Position numbers and translations under genes: made by a program | The notes under the pieces: generated by a model | Seen by the model: only the letters and a program-made list of their open reading frames with translations | What the model was told of the DNA's origin: nothing | Databases searched by the model: none | Shown: positions 46,608 through 56,643 of the stretch, piece after piece | How the letters are laid out: every line of letters starts with the position of its first letter | Numbering within the stretch: position 1 is the first letter of the stretch | Source of the DNA: Fibrobacterota bacterium | GTDB taxonomy: Bacteria; Fibrobacterota; Chitinivibrionia; Chitinivibrionales; Chitinispirillaceae | NCBI GenBank assembly: GCA_023436205.1 | Contig: JAEZKC010000055.1 | Coordinates: 9,542-73,541, forward strand | Reading direction: 5' to 3' | Length of the DNA stretch: 64,000 nucleotides

Positions 46608-47801
46608 CTACCTGCTTTCCGTTCCAGCCTGCTTCCGGCACTGCTGCCCTTCCCAGCTTGCTTTCTGACTGTCCAGCCAAATCTTGAGCTCCTCCGGAAT
46701 ACCGCAGAGCCTGTTCTTACTCAGCTCCAGCCTGCTTTCTCCCTGACCGAAAGTCAGCTCGGTGATGGTAATAGGGAGCGTTTTGATGTTGTTTCCTCCA
46801 AGAAGCAGAATTTTAATATTCTTCAGCCGGGAAATGCTGTCGGGAAGGGTTGTCAGAGCATTTTCTGAAGCATTCAGAACCGACAATTCAGAAAGATCGG
46901 TAAGAGACTCAGGAAGTGAAGAAAGACCGTTGCTTTCGAGAGAGAGCAGTTGGAGTTTATTGAGCTTGCCTATTTCGCTGGGGAGCTGGCTTATCCTGTT
47001 TTTATCCGCTTTAATCCAGGTAAGATTCTTAAGTCCACTGACCGAAACAGGCAGAGCAGAAATACGATTGTTGTCTATGTAAAGATCGGTAAGGGAGGAG
47101 AGTTTTCCCAAATCTGCCGGGAGAGTGGTAATATGGTTTCCGCTAATGTCGAGTTTTCTGAGTTTTGAGAGCTCAACGATTGATGGTGGGAGTGCCCCGA
47201 GATCGTTATTGCTTAACCTCAGGATCTCAAGCTTTTTCAATTGACCGATAGTTTGAGGCAGTACGGTGATCTGGTTGTTATCTGCATAGAGGAATTTCAG
47301 CTCTTTGAGAGAATGTAAACTGTCGGGAAGCTTTTTTAGCTTGTTATTGGAGATAGATATCTCCCGAAGGCTTGATAAACTGGTTATCTCAAACGGGAGT
47401 GTGGAAAAACCGTTGTTGTCGAGGTGAAGGTAAATAAGATTTTTTAATTGTGCAATCGAATCAGAAATATTTGTCAAGCGATTTCCCGTAAGCCTCAGCT
47501 TCCGCAGTTCCACCAGCCTTCCGATTTCACCGGGAAGTGAGGTCAGGGACGTATTGCAGATACTGAGCATGCGCAATGATGTCAGATTTCCGATAGATGC
47601 GGGGAGGAACCTGATGTCTAGGGAATCCAGTCGCAAACTGATGACTCTATCGCCGGAAATGTCAATCAGCTTTTCTGTTTGCTGACTAAATAGCCCATTA
47701 CTGTCAAGAATTGCTCTCACAGAAAGAGTGTCTTCCTGAAGTGTTTGAGAATGGACGGTATAACAAAGCAACAGTCCAACGAATAGTATTTTACCCTTCA
47801 T
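46608..47801 (-). CDS. Secreted leucine-rich-repeat (LRR) protein
   Basis: Signal peptide, then about 14 tandem 23-aa LxxLxxLxLxxNxLxxLPxxI units. Confidence 0.85.
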   Translation of the reverse strand: MKGKILFVGLLLCYTVHSQTLQEDTLSVRAILDSNGLFSQQTEKLIDISGDRVISLRLDSLDIRFLPASIGNLTSLRMLSICNTSLTSLPGEIGRLVELRKLRLTGNRLTNISDSIAQLKNLIYLHLDNNGFSTLPFEITSLSSLREISISNNKLKKLPDSLHSLKELKFLYADNNQITVLPQTIGQLKKLEILRLSNNDLGALPPSIVELSKLRKLDISGNHITTLPADLGKLSSLTDLYIDNNRISALPVSVSGLKNLTWIKADKNRISQLPSEIGKLNKLQLLSLESNGLSSLPESLTDLSELSVLNASENALTTLPDSISRLKNIKILLLGGNNIKTLPITITELTFGQGESRLELSKNRLCGIPEELKIWLDSQKASWEGQQCRKQAGTESR

Positions 47802-47827
47802 GTATTCTCCCGATCGATTGAATTCAT

Positions 47828-48370
47828 TTAGTTAGTGTAAAGAATTGCTCGCCCTACGGTTTTTGCTGTGTCCTGACCTTTTAGTGTGCTTATAAGTTGC
47901 AAGGCAAAGGGGATGGCGGTACCAACACCGCGACTGGTGATGACCGTTCCGTCGACGGTGACCGGTTCATCAACGGAAATCCCGCCCATGAGACGATCTT
48001 CCGTTCCCGGGTAGCAGGAAACTTTTTTACCCGCCAGAATTCCGGCCCTTGCAAGCACTGTGGGAGCCGCGCAAATCGCAGCGCAGATCTTTCTGTCTTC
48101 ATAGGCTTTTTTCACAAGAGAAATTACCTTTTCTGATGTGGCCAGATTTGTTGTGCCCGGTCCGCCCGGGAGCACTACCGCGTGAAACGGCTCGGAAAAA
48201 TCATCAAGCAGCATATCTGCCACCACTCTTATGTTATGTGAACCGAGCACTTCCAGCTTTTCAAGTCCTAAAACGGTGACCTCTATATGGGCTCTTCTAA
48301 GGAGATCTATAAAGGTTATTGCCTCGACTTCCTCAAACCCGTCGGCCAATATCGTAATCACTGAAGCCAT
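47828..48370 (-). CDS. DJ-1/PfpI (ThiJ/YajL-type) family protein
   Basis: ILADGFEEVEA.. and the nucleophile-elbow AAICAAPTVLA. Confidence 0.85.
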   Translation of the reverse strand: MASVITILADGFEEVEAITFIDLLRRAHIEVTVLGLEKLEVLGSHNIRVVADMLLDDFSEPFHAVVLPGGPGTTNLATSEKVISLVKKAYEDRKICAAICAAPTVLARAGILAGKKVSCYPGTEDRLMGGISVDEPVTVDGTVITSRGVGTAIPFALQLISTLKGQDTAKTVGRAILYTN

Positions 48371-48373
48371 TAA

Positions 48374-49543
48374 CTACCTCCTGAACTGAACTGAGTACAC
48401 GGAACTGTTCTGCAGCAGATTCAATCTGAAAAAATGGTAGTTGGATAAAATCTTTTTGCTGAAACTGAATTCTGATGCTTTCTGCGAATCTTGTGCCATC
48501 ATGCTTAAACCGGAGTCAGCAATCAACTGAACTGAATTCAGGTTCTCTGCACTGATGTGCAGTTCTGTTCCTGATACGACGACCTTTAATTTCGCCGGTT
48601 GATTGCTGTTCTGTTTCTCAAAATCCACAATTTCCTCTGGAGCATTGGGAAGACCATCTATCAGTTCCCAGTTAAAGCTTTGCTCCTCGGGCTTTGACCA
48701 GGACCGAATTCTTTCCACTAGCGCAGGCACCTCTTTTTCCCGGTAATCAAATCCATGCTGTTCTTCAGGATAAATCTTTCTTTCCAGAGGTATACCCGAT
48801 TGAACCAGGTAGTCAAGGAATCTTTCCACAATGGGTAATGAGTAGAGTCTGTCGTTCCCTGCATTAATATTGTAAATGGGACGCCGCTTCATGTTTTCCA
48901 GAGAGATCCGGATCCCCAGATTGGGAAGCATTCCTCCGTAACCGGAGATGGCAAAAAAGCCTGCAAAGGGACCATTGATGGAATTGGCTGCAGCATAGCA
49001 TCCTGTTGCTCCATCACTGACTCCGGAAAGAAAAATTTTGTTTTTATCAATAGGGTATTGAAGGGTCATGTATCGAATTGTCTGCAGAATCCTCTTTTGT
49101 CCTCGAGCTGTCCACCAGGGTGCAAATCGGTTCGCCGAAGGGCTGGCCAGAAAAAGATCGAGGCTGTCTCTGAGGCCTGAAAGCATCTCATAGGCGCGCT
49201 CACCTTTATTATCGACAGTCGTTCCCACTCCACCATGAAGATAGATCACCAAAGGGTACTCCTTGTCGGATTTACTTCTGAATGGAGTACCGATTCCAAG
49301 GGAGTATTGTGTACCGTCGGAATCTGAGAGCCTAACGGAATAATCCTTTGATGGGGTGACTATCCGACGGATGGAATCCAGAAGACTCGGAAATCTGTCC
49401 GTCAATTTGCACTGGGAATCAATCACCTTGTATGCGCTTCCTTGAGACCAGCTTTTAATCAGTTCCTCCTCCTGAATAAAATTATTGGAGGAACACCCTA
49501 TTACTGCAAGTAAAGTGATTATCGGAAGGTTGGCGAATTTCAT
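48374..49543 (-). CDS. Alpha/beta-hydrolase lipoprotein (esterase/peptidase S9-like)
   Basis: Lipobox LLAVIGCSS, nucleophile elbow GVSDGATG, and a downstream EEQHGF histidine context. Confidence 0.7.
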   Translation of the reverse strand: MKFANLPIITLLAVIGCSSNNFIQEEELIKSWSQGSAYKVIDSQCKLTDRFPSLLDSIRRIVTPSKDYSVRLSDSDGTQYSLGIGTPFRSKSDKEYPLVIYLHGGVGTTVDNKGERAYEMLSGLRDSLDLFLASPSANRFAPWWTARGQKRILQTIRYMTLQYPIDKNKIFLSGVSDGATGCYAAANSINGPFAGFFAISGYGGMLPNLGIRISLENMKRRPIYNINAGNDRLYSLPIVERFLDYLVQSGIPLERKIYPEEQHGFDYREKEVPALVERIRSWSKPEEQSFNWELIDGLPNAPEEIVDFEKQNSNQPAKLKVVVSGTELHISAENLNSVQLIADSGLSMMAQDSQKASEFSFSKKILSNYHFFRLNLLQNSSVYSVQFRR

Positions 49544-49556
49544 TAATATGTTGCTC

Positions 49557-49904
49557 TTAACTTTCTGTTACCGAGCGTTCAAAGTCCTGGTGAGTGGGGA
49601 AGATGGGAATGAGTTTATCGAATCCAACAATGGAAAGTATATCTGTGATGTCTTCGTTGGGACCGATCAGTACAAAATTGCCGTTTTTTTCTCCAAGCCG
49701 CTTCTGAAGATTAAGCATGGCAGTGATTGCGCTGGAGTCGATATAGCTGGTTTTGCTCAGATCGAATGCAATCTTTGGGCTTTTTTCTCTATTTTCGATT
49801 TCATTCAAGACTACCCTGATATTCATGAGCTGCTTTACAACAAATTTCCCGTCCAGAACTAGAAGATCCCAGTCTTTAGACTTTTTGGTGGTTATGTTCA
49901 TCAA
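49557..49904 (-). CDS. STAS-domain anti-sigma-factor antagonist
   Basis: FDLSKTSYIDSSAITAML is the SpoIIAA/RsbV phospho-serine region. 115 aa. Confidence 0.8.
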   Translation of the reverse strand: MMNITTKKSKDWDLLVLDGKFVVKQLMNIRVVLNEIENREKSPKIAFDLSKTSYIDSSAITAMLNLQKRLGEKNGNFVLIGPNEDITDILSIVGFDKLIPIFPTHQDFERSVTES

Positions 49905-50013
49905 ATAATCTCGATTATGGCAGCTGGTTCATTGCCCTTAACGTTTATATAAATATAAAAAGGGCGGCTATTTTTTGCCTCATTTTATTACCCGCAGATA
50001 TCGTGACCATGCA

Positions 50014-52047
50014 TCAAGGGTTTTTATCACCCTTCATTAACACCTTTTTAGACGTTTTACCCGTTTTCAGCAGAAATTCAGACTGATAGAGTTGCAGAGT
50101 GCACCCTTCTGCTTTCAGGGTTAAAAGGGTTACTGTTTTTGCGGCGATCTGCCTTTCAGGTGGCTGTACCCAACAGGCGACTTTTGCAAGCTTGCTAGAA
50201 CAGTTTTCAAGTTCTGCTCGGCCATCCTCAGAGGTTATTACCAGATCAACGGATTTGCCCTGCCTATGGTGAAGAAGCGGTTTGAGGCCCTGTTCGCAGA
50301 TTTGATGATATTTTTTCGTATCTGATAATCCAATAAGCCAAATAGCTCTGTTTTTAAGAATAACCGCACTGATGCTTGAATCGTCAAGAGACATTTGTAC
50401 CAGTTCCGTCTTTCCAAAGTATAATGAACTCAAGTGAAGAACTGCGAAAAGCAATAGAGTTAATCCGCCGCCGATTTTTAAGTAGACCGCGCGGGAAGTT
50501 TTGTGTACTGCGCAAAGTCCCATCACAAAAACTGCTGCTGTAATAATTTGCAAAGCTGTTGGGGCGCTGAAATGCAGTTCGCTGAAGGGGATCAGATAGC
50601 AGATTTTGGCCGTGTAAATCAATAATGAAAGAAGAGCGTCGGCCACTCCTATGAGAAGTGTACTCAGTGGTGGGATAACTGTCGCGATCATGCCGAAAAA
50701 GAATACCCACATTGCCATGGACATCAGTGGAATCGCCAGTACATTGAAAAGTATACCGAATAGAGACACTGCCCCGAAGTGATAGAGCAGAACCGGTGCA
50801 GTGAAAAGGAAGCCGGAGAGGGATATCCAAATTGAGGAGAGGAGCCACTTCAGAAGAAATGATCCGATTCTGCTGTGGAGTTCCGGCGTCAGGGAATTGA
50901 GTACTGGGTAGAGCAGGACTATTCCTGCGGTGGCAGCGAAGGAAAGTTGGAATCCGGGGGTAAAGAGACTGTGGGGGGAAAGGAGAAGCCAGATCACTCC
51001 TGCCATGCCCAGGGAGTGTACAACATGGTTTTTCCTCTGGATCAGAATGGAGCCGCAAACGAATGTAACCATAATTGTGGCTCTGAAAAGGGAGGGGATG
51101 AGGCCGATGAAAAACAAATAGCCCCAGAGACCGGCAAGGGCTGTGGTGATACAGGTGTTTGTCGGGAGTCTGGTAAGTTTCATGGTGGTCAGAAACGCCA
51201 TAAAAAGCAGGCCCGCGTGGAATCCTGAAATTGCAAGCAGATGGAAAATACCCGCTTTTCTGAAGAGATCCTTGATTGTAGCGGAGAGCAGTTCGCGTTC
51301 TCCCAGAAAGGCTGCATGGAAGATACTGCGGACATCTTCACTTCTCGCTCTGGCAATTACCTTGTGAACGTTTGATCTAAGTGTTACTGCAACAGACGCC
51401 ATGCAGTCACTGTGTCCTTCAGATGAAGAAACTTCTGCTATTCTCAATTTCCCCCATAGATTCTGGGTCAGGAAGTACACTTTCTGGTTGAAGCCGTACG
51501 GACCTATTGGTTCATCTGGCAGACTGAAGAAACCCTTGGTCTTGATGAAACCGCTTGAAGGAGGAGCTTTTTTTGAAGTACACTGGAACAGTTTGTTTTT
51601 AAACAGCTTGTGGATATTGGGGTTTGGGGATGAAATGACTCGCATTTTAAACTGAAAGCGTCCGTTCTGCAGTGCTACCGGTCCGCAAATCTTGCCTTCG
51701 AGGATAAGAAACTGGCCATCAATGCAGAGGGCTTCAACAGAATGGTAAAAGGTAGCTGTTTTTATTTCAGTATAGGTGAATAGAGCATATCCGCAGATTA
51801 GGAAAAGGAGCAGCCTGTAAAGTGATTTTCTGCTCAGTATTGCACTAGTCAATGTTAAAACGCTTGTCAGAATGAGGATTTTGCTGTAAAATGAGGCTTG
51901 GGGAAGGGCTGGGGAATTGAAAAAACTGCCAAACATGATTCCGCAGGATAGACCCGTGAAGGCTTGTATTCCAGGTAATGAGAACCAGTACGCAAAACCG
52001 GGAAAATGTTTGTGAACCATAATTCTCCAGGCTGCAGTCAGGCACAT
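50014..52047 (-). CDS. comEC: ComEC/Rec2-family competence membrane protein (no recognisable C-terminal metallo-beta-lactamase domain)
   Basis: Core motif FHLLAISGFHAGLL and more than 10 TM helices. The C-terminal ~130 aa lack HxHxDH. The true start may be the internal MVHKHFPG. Confidence 0.75.
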   Translation of the reverse strand: MCLTAAWRIMVHKHFPGFAYWFSLPGIQAFTGLSCGIMFGSFFNSPALPQASFYSKILILTSVLTLTSAILSRKSLYRLLLFLICGYALFTYTEIKTATFYHSVEALCIDGQFLILEGKICGPVALQNGRFQFKMRVISSPNPNIHKLFKNKLFQCTSKKAPPSSGFIKTKGFFSLPDEPIGPYGFNQKVYFLTQNLWGKLRIAEVSSSEGHSDCMASVAVTLRSNVHKVIARARSEDVRSIFHAAFLGERELLSATIKDLFRKAGIFHLLAISGFHAGLLFMAFLTTMKLTRLPTNTCITTALAGLWGYLFFIGLIPSLFRATIMVTFVCGSILIQRKNHVVHSLGMAGVIWLLLSPHSLFTPGFQLSFAATAGIVLLYPVLNSLTPELHSRIGSFLLKWLLSSIWISLSGFLFTAPVLLYHFGAVSLFGILFNVLAIPLMSMAMWVFFFGMIATVIPPLSTLLIGVADALLSLLIYTAKICYLIPFSELHFSAPTALQIITAAVFVMGLCAVHKTSRAVYLKIGGGLTLLLFAVLHLSSLYFGKTELVQMSLDDSSISAVILKNRAIWLIGLSDTKKYHQICEQGLKPLLHHRQGKSVDLVITSEDGRAELENCSSKLAKVACWVQPPERQIAAKTVTLLTLKAEGCTLQLYQSEFLLKTGKTSKKVLMKGDKNP

Positions 52048-52132
52048 TGAATTTTCAGGGTGATTATGAGAAAATAGTTGATACTCCCGGTTGTGTCAGT
52101 TTTTTTTGTATGCCCTTTTGAATGGAAGAGAG

Positions 52133-53056
52133 ATGGATCAGAAATACAGTATTCTTTTAGTTGACGACGAACCTGAGATCAGGGAATTGATATCTGACTA
52201 CCTGATTGAGGATGAGGGGTATGAGGTACTCACGGCAGAGGATGGGCTGCATGCTCTGGAAATCCTCAGAAATAACAGGGTGGATCTGGTTCTTTCTGAC
52301 ATAAACATGCCGGGGATGAAGGGCTTTGATCTTTTAAAGGAAGTCAAGCATCTATATCCGGAAACGAAAAGAGTGCTTATTACTGCTTACAATGTCGAAG
52401 ATTATCTCGACCTGGCCTTGCACCACGATATCGGAAATATTTTTGTAAAATCCACTCCCTTTAATTTTCTGGAGCTCTCGACGGTGTTGCACAATCTTCT
52501 TGACGGAAACATTTTTGGTCTGGACCGGTATTTTTCGCCGGATGTGCAGTTTAGCCGGTTTTCAGTCCTGCGTTCAAACCATCTTGATCAGGATGCCAAA
52601 AAGATTATTTCGGTCATTAACGATCCCGATCGGGTGAAACGGTTGGAGCTGGTGCTTGTTGAGCTGCTCACCAACGCCATCTTTTATGGAATACGTAATG
52701 AGTCACCTGAACGCAAGGAGCTGTGGAATCATGATTTTGAGCTCACCGATGATACTGCCGTTGAGGTAACTGTCGCTTCCGACTGCCAGAAATACGCCGT
52801 TTCTGTAAAGGATAAAGGTGGCAGATTGAAAAAAGTCGATGTGCTCTATTGGCTTCACCGCCAGATCGCGCAGGATGAAAACGGGATGCCTCTGGGGCTT
52901 TTTGATTCGCATGGCCGGGGTCTTTTCATCGCAAGACGCTATATCGATAGACTAGTGATTAATATAGACCGACGCAAACAGACAGAAGTAATTATATTTA
53001 ACTATCACAGCAATACTTTTTCAGGCTCAAAACCACTGTACATAAATGAAATATGA
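52133..53056 (+). CDS. Response-regulator receiver fused to a GHKL (SpoIIAB/RsbW-like) serine kinase / anti-sigma domain
   Basis: REC (ILLVDDEPE.., LVLSDINMPGM, ..TAY). C-terminal N-box ELLTNAIFYG, G1 VKDKGGRL and G2 GRGLFIARRY. Confidence 0.7.
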   Translation: MDQKYSILLVDDEPEIRELISDYLIEDEGYEVLTAEDGLHALEILRNNRVDLVLSDINMPGMKGFDLLKEVKHLYPETKRVLITAYNVEDYLDLALHHDIGNIFVKSTPFNFLELSTVLHNLLDGNIFGLDRYFSPDVQFSRFSVLRSNHLDQDAKKIISVINDPDRVKRLELVLVELLTNAIFYGIRNESPERKELWNHDFELTDDTAVEVTVASDCQKYAVSVKDKGGRLKKVDVLYWLHRQIAQDENGMPLGLFDSHGRGLFIARRYIDRLVINIDRRKQTEVIIFNYHSNTFSGSKPLYINEI

Positions 53057-53994
53057 TATTCTCCTCAAAGGTACCCTGCAACTGTAAAAAAGTCAATTTG
53101 CTTGACTATCTCTGCAATCGATTTACCTATTTTAGTTCTGAACAGTGGCGCCAGCGAATCGCTGAAGAGAAAGTGCTTCTCAACGGCTCCATCAGCTCTG
53201 TGAGTGATGAAGTCAATGGTGGAGATTCGATTCAGTATGATGCAGGAGATTTCGATGAGCCCCCGGCAGATCTGGCATTTGCTGTAGTTTACGAAGACGA
53301 TTATCTTCTAGGTATTAATAAACCTGGAAATCTTCTGGTGCACAGAGCTGGCAGAAGCTTTCGAAATAATCTGATTTATCAGCTCAGATATGCTCACAGT
53401 CCTCTTTATCCCAACTGTCACTCCGTTCACCGGCTCGACCGGGAAACTTCAGGAGTGGTACTGGTGGTTAAGAGTCCCGATTGGATTGCACCATTTGGCA
53501 CTCTCTTCAATGAAGGCAGGATAGAAAAGCACTATAAGACGATTGTGAAAGGAAAATTTTCAGAACAGCTGCCCATGCACATCGATAATCCGATCTCTCA
53601 GGATAAGGCTTCAGGCATTTCCTACCGGCAGTGGGTGAATGAATCCGGTAAGCAGGCTTTGACAAGGATTGACCATGCGCTCCCGCTTGGGGATCATTAT
53701 ACTCTTCTGTCAGTAACTCCCCTTAGTGGTCGCACTCATCAGATTCGTGTTCACCTTGCATCTATGGGGTATCCCATAGCAGGGGACAGACTTTACAATT
53801 TGGATCCGGTTCAGTATTTGTCAATGCAGAAGGAATTCTGGAGTCATTCTCTGTCTGAGGATATTTCGAGGCATGCTCTTCACTGCGAATCACTCTCCTT
53901 TGTGCATCCATTTACTCAAAGGCCACTGACGATTTCTGCCGACTTGCCTGATGATATGGTTAGATGCATAACGAAGCTTGTGAACAGCAAATAA
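53053..53994 (+). CDS. RluA-family pseudouridine synthase
   Basis: S4-like N-terminus, catalytic HRLDRETSGVVLV, and GRTHQIRVHLA. Confidence 0.85.
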   Translation: MIFSSKVPCNCKKVNLLDYLCNRFTYFSSEQWRQRIAEEKVLLNGSISSVSDEVNGGDSIQYDAGDFDEPPADLAFAVVYEDDYLLGINKPGNLLVHRAGRSFRNNLIYQLRYAHSPLYPNCHSVHRLDRETSGVVLVVKSPDWIAPFGTLFNEGRIEKHYKTIVKGKFSEQLPMHIDNPISQDKASGISYRQWVNESGKQALTRIDHALPLGDHYTLLSVTPLSGRTHQIRVHLASMGYPIAGDRLYNLDPVQYLSMQKEFWSHSLSEDISRHALHCESLSFVHPFTQRPLTISADLPDDMVRCITKLVNSK

Positions 53995-54048
53995 AAAAGG
54001 CAGAATTCATTACTGAATTCCGCTCTCAATATCAGTTCAAAAAAGAAA

Positions 54049-54414
54049 TTACTTCTTCTTTGCAACCTTTTTAACGGTCTTCTTCGCTGCAGTTTTCTTT
54101 GCGGCTGCCTTGGGAGCGGCCTTTGCAGGAGCGCCAAGGATAGAATCTTTGGCAGCCTTGGAAACCTTGAACTTTACAGCCTTCTTTGCAGGAATCTTTA
54201 TGGTTTCACCTGTGGCGGGGTTTCTGCCCATTCTGGCCTTGCGCTGTACAAGTACCAGTTTTCCCAGACCGGGGACGACAAAACCGTTTTTGGCTTCTTT
54301 GTAGGCCAGAGCGGAGAGATTGTCCAGGAGGGATTTGACCTGCTTCTTGGGAAGCTGTTCCATCTCAGAAAGCATCTGAATCACTTGGGACTGGGTCAGG
54401 CTTTTTCCTGCCAT
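54049..54414 (-). CDS. HU/IHF-family DNA-binding protein with lysine/alanine-rich C-terminal tail
   Basis: HU fold motifs (..GFVVPGLGKLVLVQRKARMGRNPATGETIKIPAKK) followed by APAKAAPKAAAKKTAAKKTVKKVAKKK. Confidence 0.85.
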   Translation of the reverse strand: MAGKSLTQSQVIQMLSEMEQLPKKQVKSLLDNLSALAYKEAKNGFVVPGLGKLVLVQRKARMGRNPATGETIKIPAKKAVKFKVSKAAKDSILGAPAKAAPKAAAKKTAAKKTVKKVAKKK

Positions 54415-54570
54415 GAAAGGACTCCTTTTTGATACATTGAGAATGAGAATATGTACTACTGGCGTTAGTATAATATTTTTAATGTTATTTGTACAATAGA
54501 AATTTGCTGAAAAGTAATAATAATAGCACTTTTCCTCTTCAGACTGTTAAAAAAAACCTTGGCTGAATTA

Positions 54571-56295
54571 TTAAAACTGCCAGTCGCTGCTCTGAGGAGA
54601 GCTGATGCTTTTGGCTGTTTCGAAAAGAAATTCATCTTTTCCGCACTTCACCCGCGCCCTTTTCTGGTCTGTCTCAAGCAGTGCCTCCTCCTCGGGATTT
54701 CTGCTTTTACAGATGTTCAGCATGCATATCGCTTTCTCCAGTCCATCGCCTCTTCTGTAGTTCCAGACCTCATCGGGTTGGGCAAGACGAAACGGTTCGG
54801 TGTAAATTGAACTGTTTTCAAATGCATTCAGCGTTTCGAAAACACGATTCATGCTTTCCTTTGCTGTATCAGTAATTGATACAGGGTTTCTCTCCATTGC
54901 AGCCTTGAGAAAAGGTTTCCAGGGCGATGAAGACAAATCTCGAAAGGCGGTGAAAGCGAGATCGACCGTTTCGTTATCTCTCATCTGTTCCAGTGCCTCC
55001 CGGGCTTCCTGGGCGCTTTTCACTCCCCTGAGATCGATAGCTTTGGAGCGTTCCCAGGTTTTACTTGCATCATCGGGAAGTCTGGGAACGGTGCGGCAGA
55101 ACTTGATCAGGTCACGCAGCACCTCTTCTGCGTTGATGCAGCAATGGGGGAGCTGTTGCTTCAAATTGTCAAGACTCTGGTGCTCCTTGACAGAAACTTT
55201 GTTGTCCCGGAAAAACTGTTCCAGTTCACTGAGCATAAGTCTGTTCGGGTGGGGCTCTGTATAGTATTCATCCTCCTCAATCTCATGAAGCAGGTTTGTC
55301 TGAGTCGCGTCACCCACCCGGAATTTACTGGAATGCTCATAGCTGTATACTTTTTCCGCTTCGATATAACGGGGCTTTCCACAACAAGAATGGGAAATCT
55401 GGAAACAGCACTGCAGCTTGCTGTTCTGGCGCAAAAAGTTAGTCATAACTTCATAGGTAATATCCGTGGCCAGATAACGACTCAAGCGGGTTTTAAATTT
55501 ATTATAATGTTCAGGGTCAATTGTCGCTCTGGGATAAAGCGTATGAATATGTCCCGAATTGTGGGCCACGATAGTTACCCGCTCGTTTTCAAGTGCCCTT
55601 CGTGCTTTGGCTGAAAGCTCGGTTCCGTTAAACCACATGTTCTTTGTCACTATGCGGCGGTTGTTGGTTATAATGCCGTCTCCTATGTCCAGGTAGTTCT
55701 GCGAATGAAGCGGCGTGGCGAGCATGTAAATGTTTTCCAGAGGAATTCCCGCTACGGCAAATGAGGCAGAGGCATACAGCGCAGCCAGGGAAACACATTC
55801 ACCTGCGCCTTCCGGATACCCTTTACGATACTTGAATGCTTCCATTGCCTCCAGAGTTTCGGTTTTCCAGTAGGGGATGACACTTGAGGAGTATTTGTCC
55901 AGACCGAAATGTCTTCGGATGTCTATGTCGAAGTAATATTTGTCACCCTCATACCCGAAGAGCGCGTTGCTTTCACCAAGAATCTTTTCATTGATGAACT
56001 CCGAAAACCGGGCTAGTTCCCGTTCCTTGGTGGTCAGTCCCCAAGTGTCCAGGTCCAGGTTGAAGGCGAAGTGATCCATTATATATTGTTTTAGGCGCTG
56101 AATCCGCTTCTGGTTATTCATTTTATCCATTTTGGCAAACCAGGGATCATCTTTCCACTGCCAGAGTCTTGGAGACATTATATTGGCAAGTATCAAGGAA
56201 TACATCAGCTCCGGAAAAATGAAGACTTCCATGTCCGACAGTGTTACCGCTGATGAGTATTTTTCCACTGATTTCTTATCCTGACCGTTGTACAT
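54571..56295 (-). CDS. Hypothetical 574-aa protein with a transglutaminase-like Cys-His core
   Basis: GAGECVSLAALYASASFAVAGIPLENIYMLATPLHSQNYLD parallels the G-x-C...GIP...H...D arrangement of transglutaminase-like cysteine peptidases. The rest is helical with no motif I recognise. Confidence 0.4.
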   Translation of the reverse strand: MYNGQDKKSVEKYSSAVTLSDMEVFIFPELMYSLILANIMSPRLWQWKDDPWFAKMDKMNNQKRIQRLKQYIMDHFAFNLDLDTWGLTTKERELARFSEFINEKILGESNALFGYEGDKYYFDIDIRRHFGLDKYSSSVIPYWKTETLEAMEAFKYRKGYPEGAGECVSLAALYASASFAVAGIPLENIYMLATPLHSQNYLDIGDGIITNNRRIVTKNMWFNGTELSAKARRALENERVTIVAHNSGHIHTLYPRATIDPEHYNKFKTRLSRYLATDITYEVMTNFLRQNSKLQCCFQISHSCCGKPRYIEAEKVYSYEHSSKFRVGDATQTNLLHEIEEDEYYTEPHPNRLMLSELEQFFRDNKVSVKEHQSLDNLKQQLPHCCINAEEVLRDLIKFCRTVPRLPDDASKTWERSKAIDLRGVKSAQEAREALEQMRDNETVDLAFTAFRDLSSSPWKPFLKAAMERNPVSITDTAKESMNRVFETLNAFENSSIYTEPFRLAQPDEVWNYRRGDGLEKAICMLNICKSRNPEEEALLETDQKRARVKCGKDEFLFETAKSISSPQSSDWQF

Positions 56296-56643
56296 GCCGT
56301 TTTCCTCACTTCTGTTGCATCAAAAACATGGACTTTATATATTGTTATACAGTTATCTTGCATTGAAGATAATTTTTGCCAGCTTTATTACTAAAACCAC
56401 CGAAGGCAGTATGGCGGTGTTCTAATGGCTTAATGATAAAAAAAGGGTCTTTCTGTCGGTGCAGCATATATTTTGCTGTTCACACAAACTATTCACTGCA
56501 GGTTCTGACATTTTACTGCGCGGATGAATCTCTCTGCTCACTTGTATTTTTTAGAAGTTTCATAACCACTCGATGAGCGGCATGTCAGTTCCCAAGGGCT
56601 GTTAGGGCCAGATTGACCTTTCAGTTTACGAAATGGAGCAGCT

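Noticed and set aside
50384-51058. 224-aa ORF on the minus strand inside comEC
   Set aside because: It is an alternative frame of the ComEC membrane-protein gene, with a Pro/Ser/Arg-rich non-protein-like composition.
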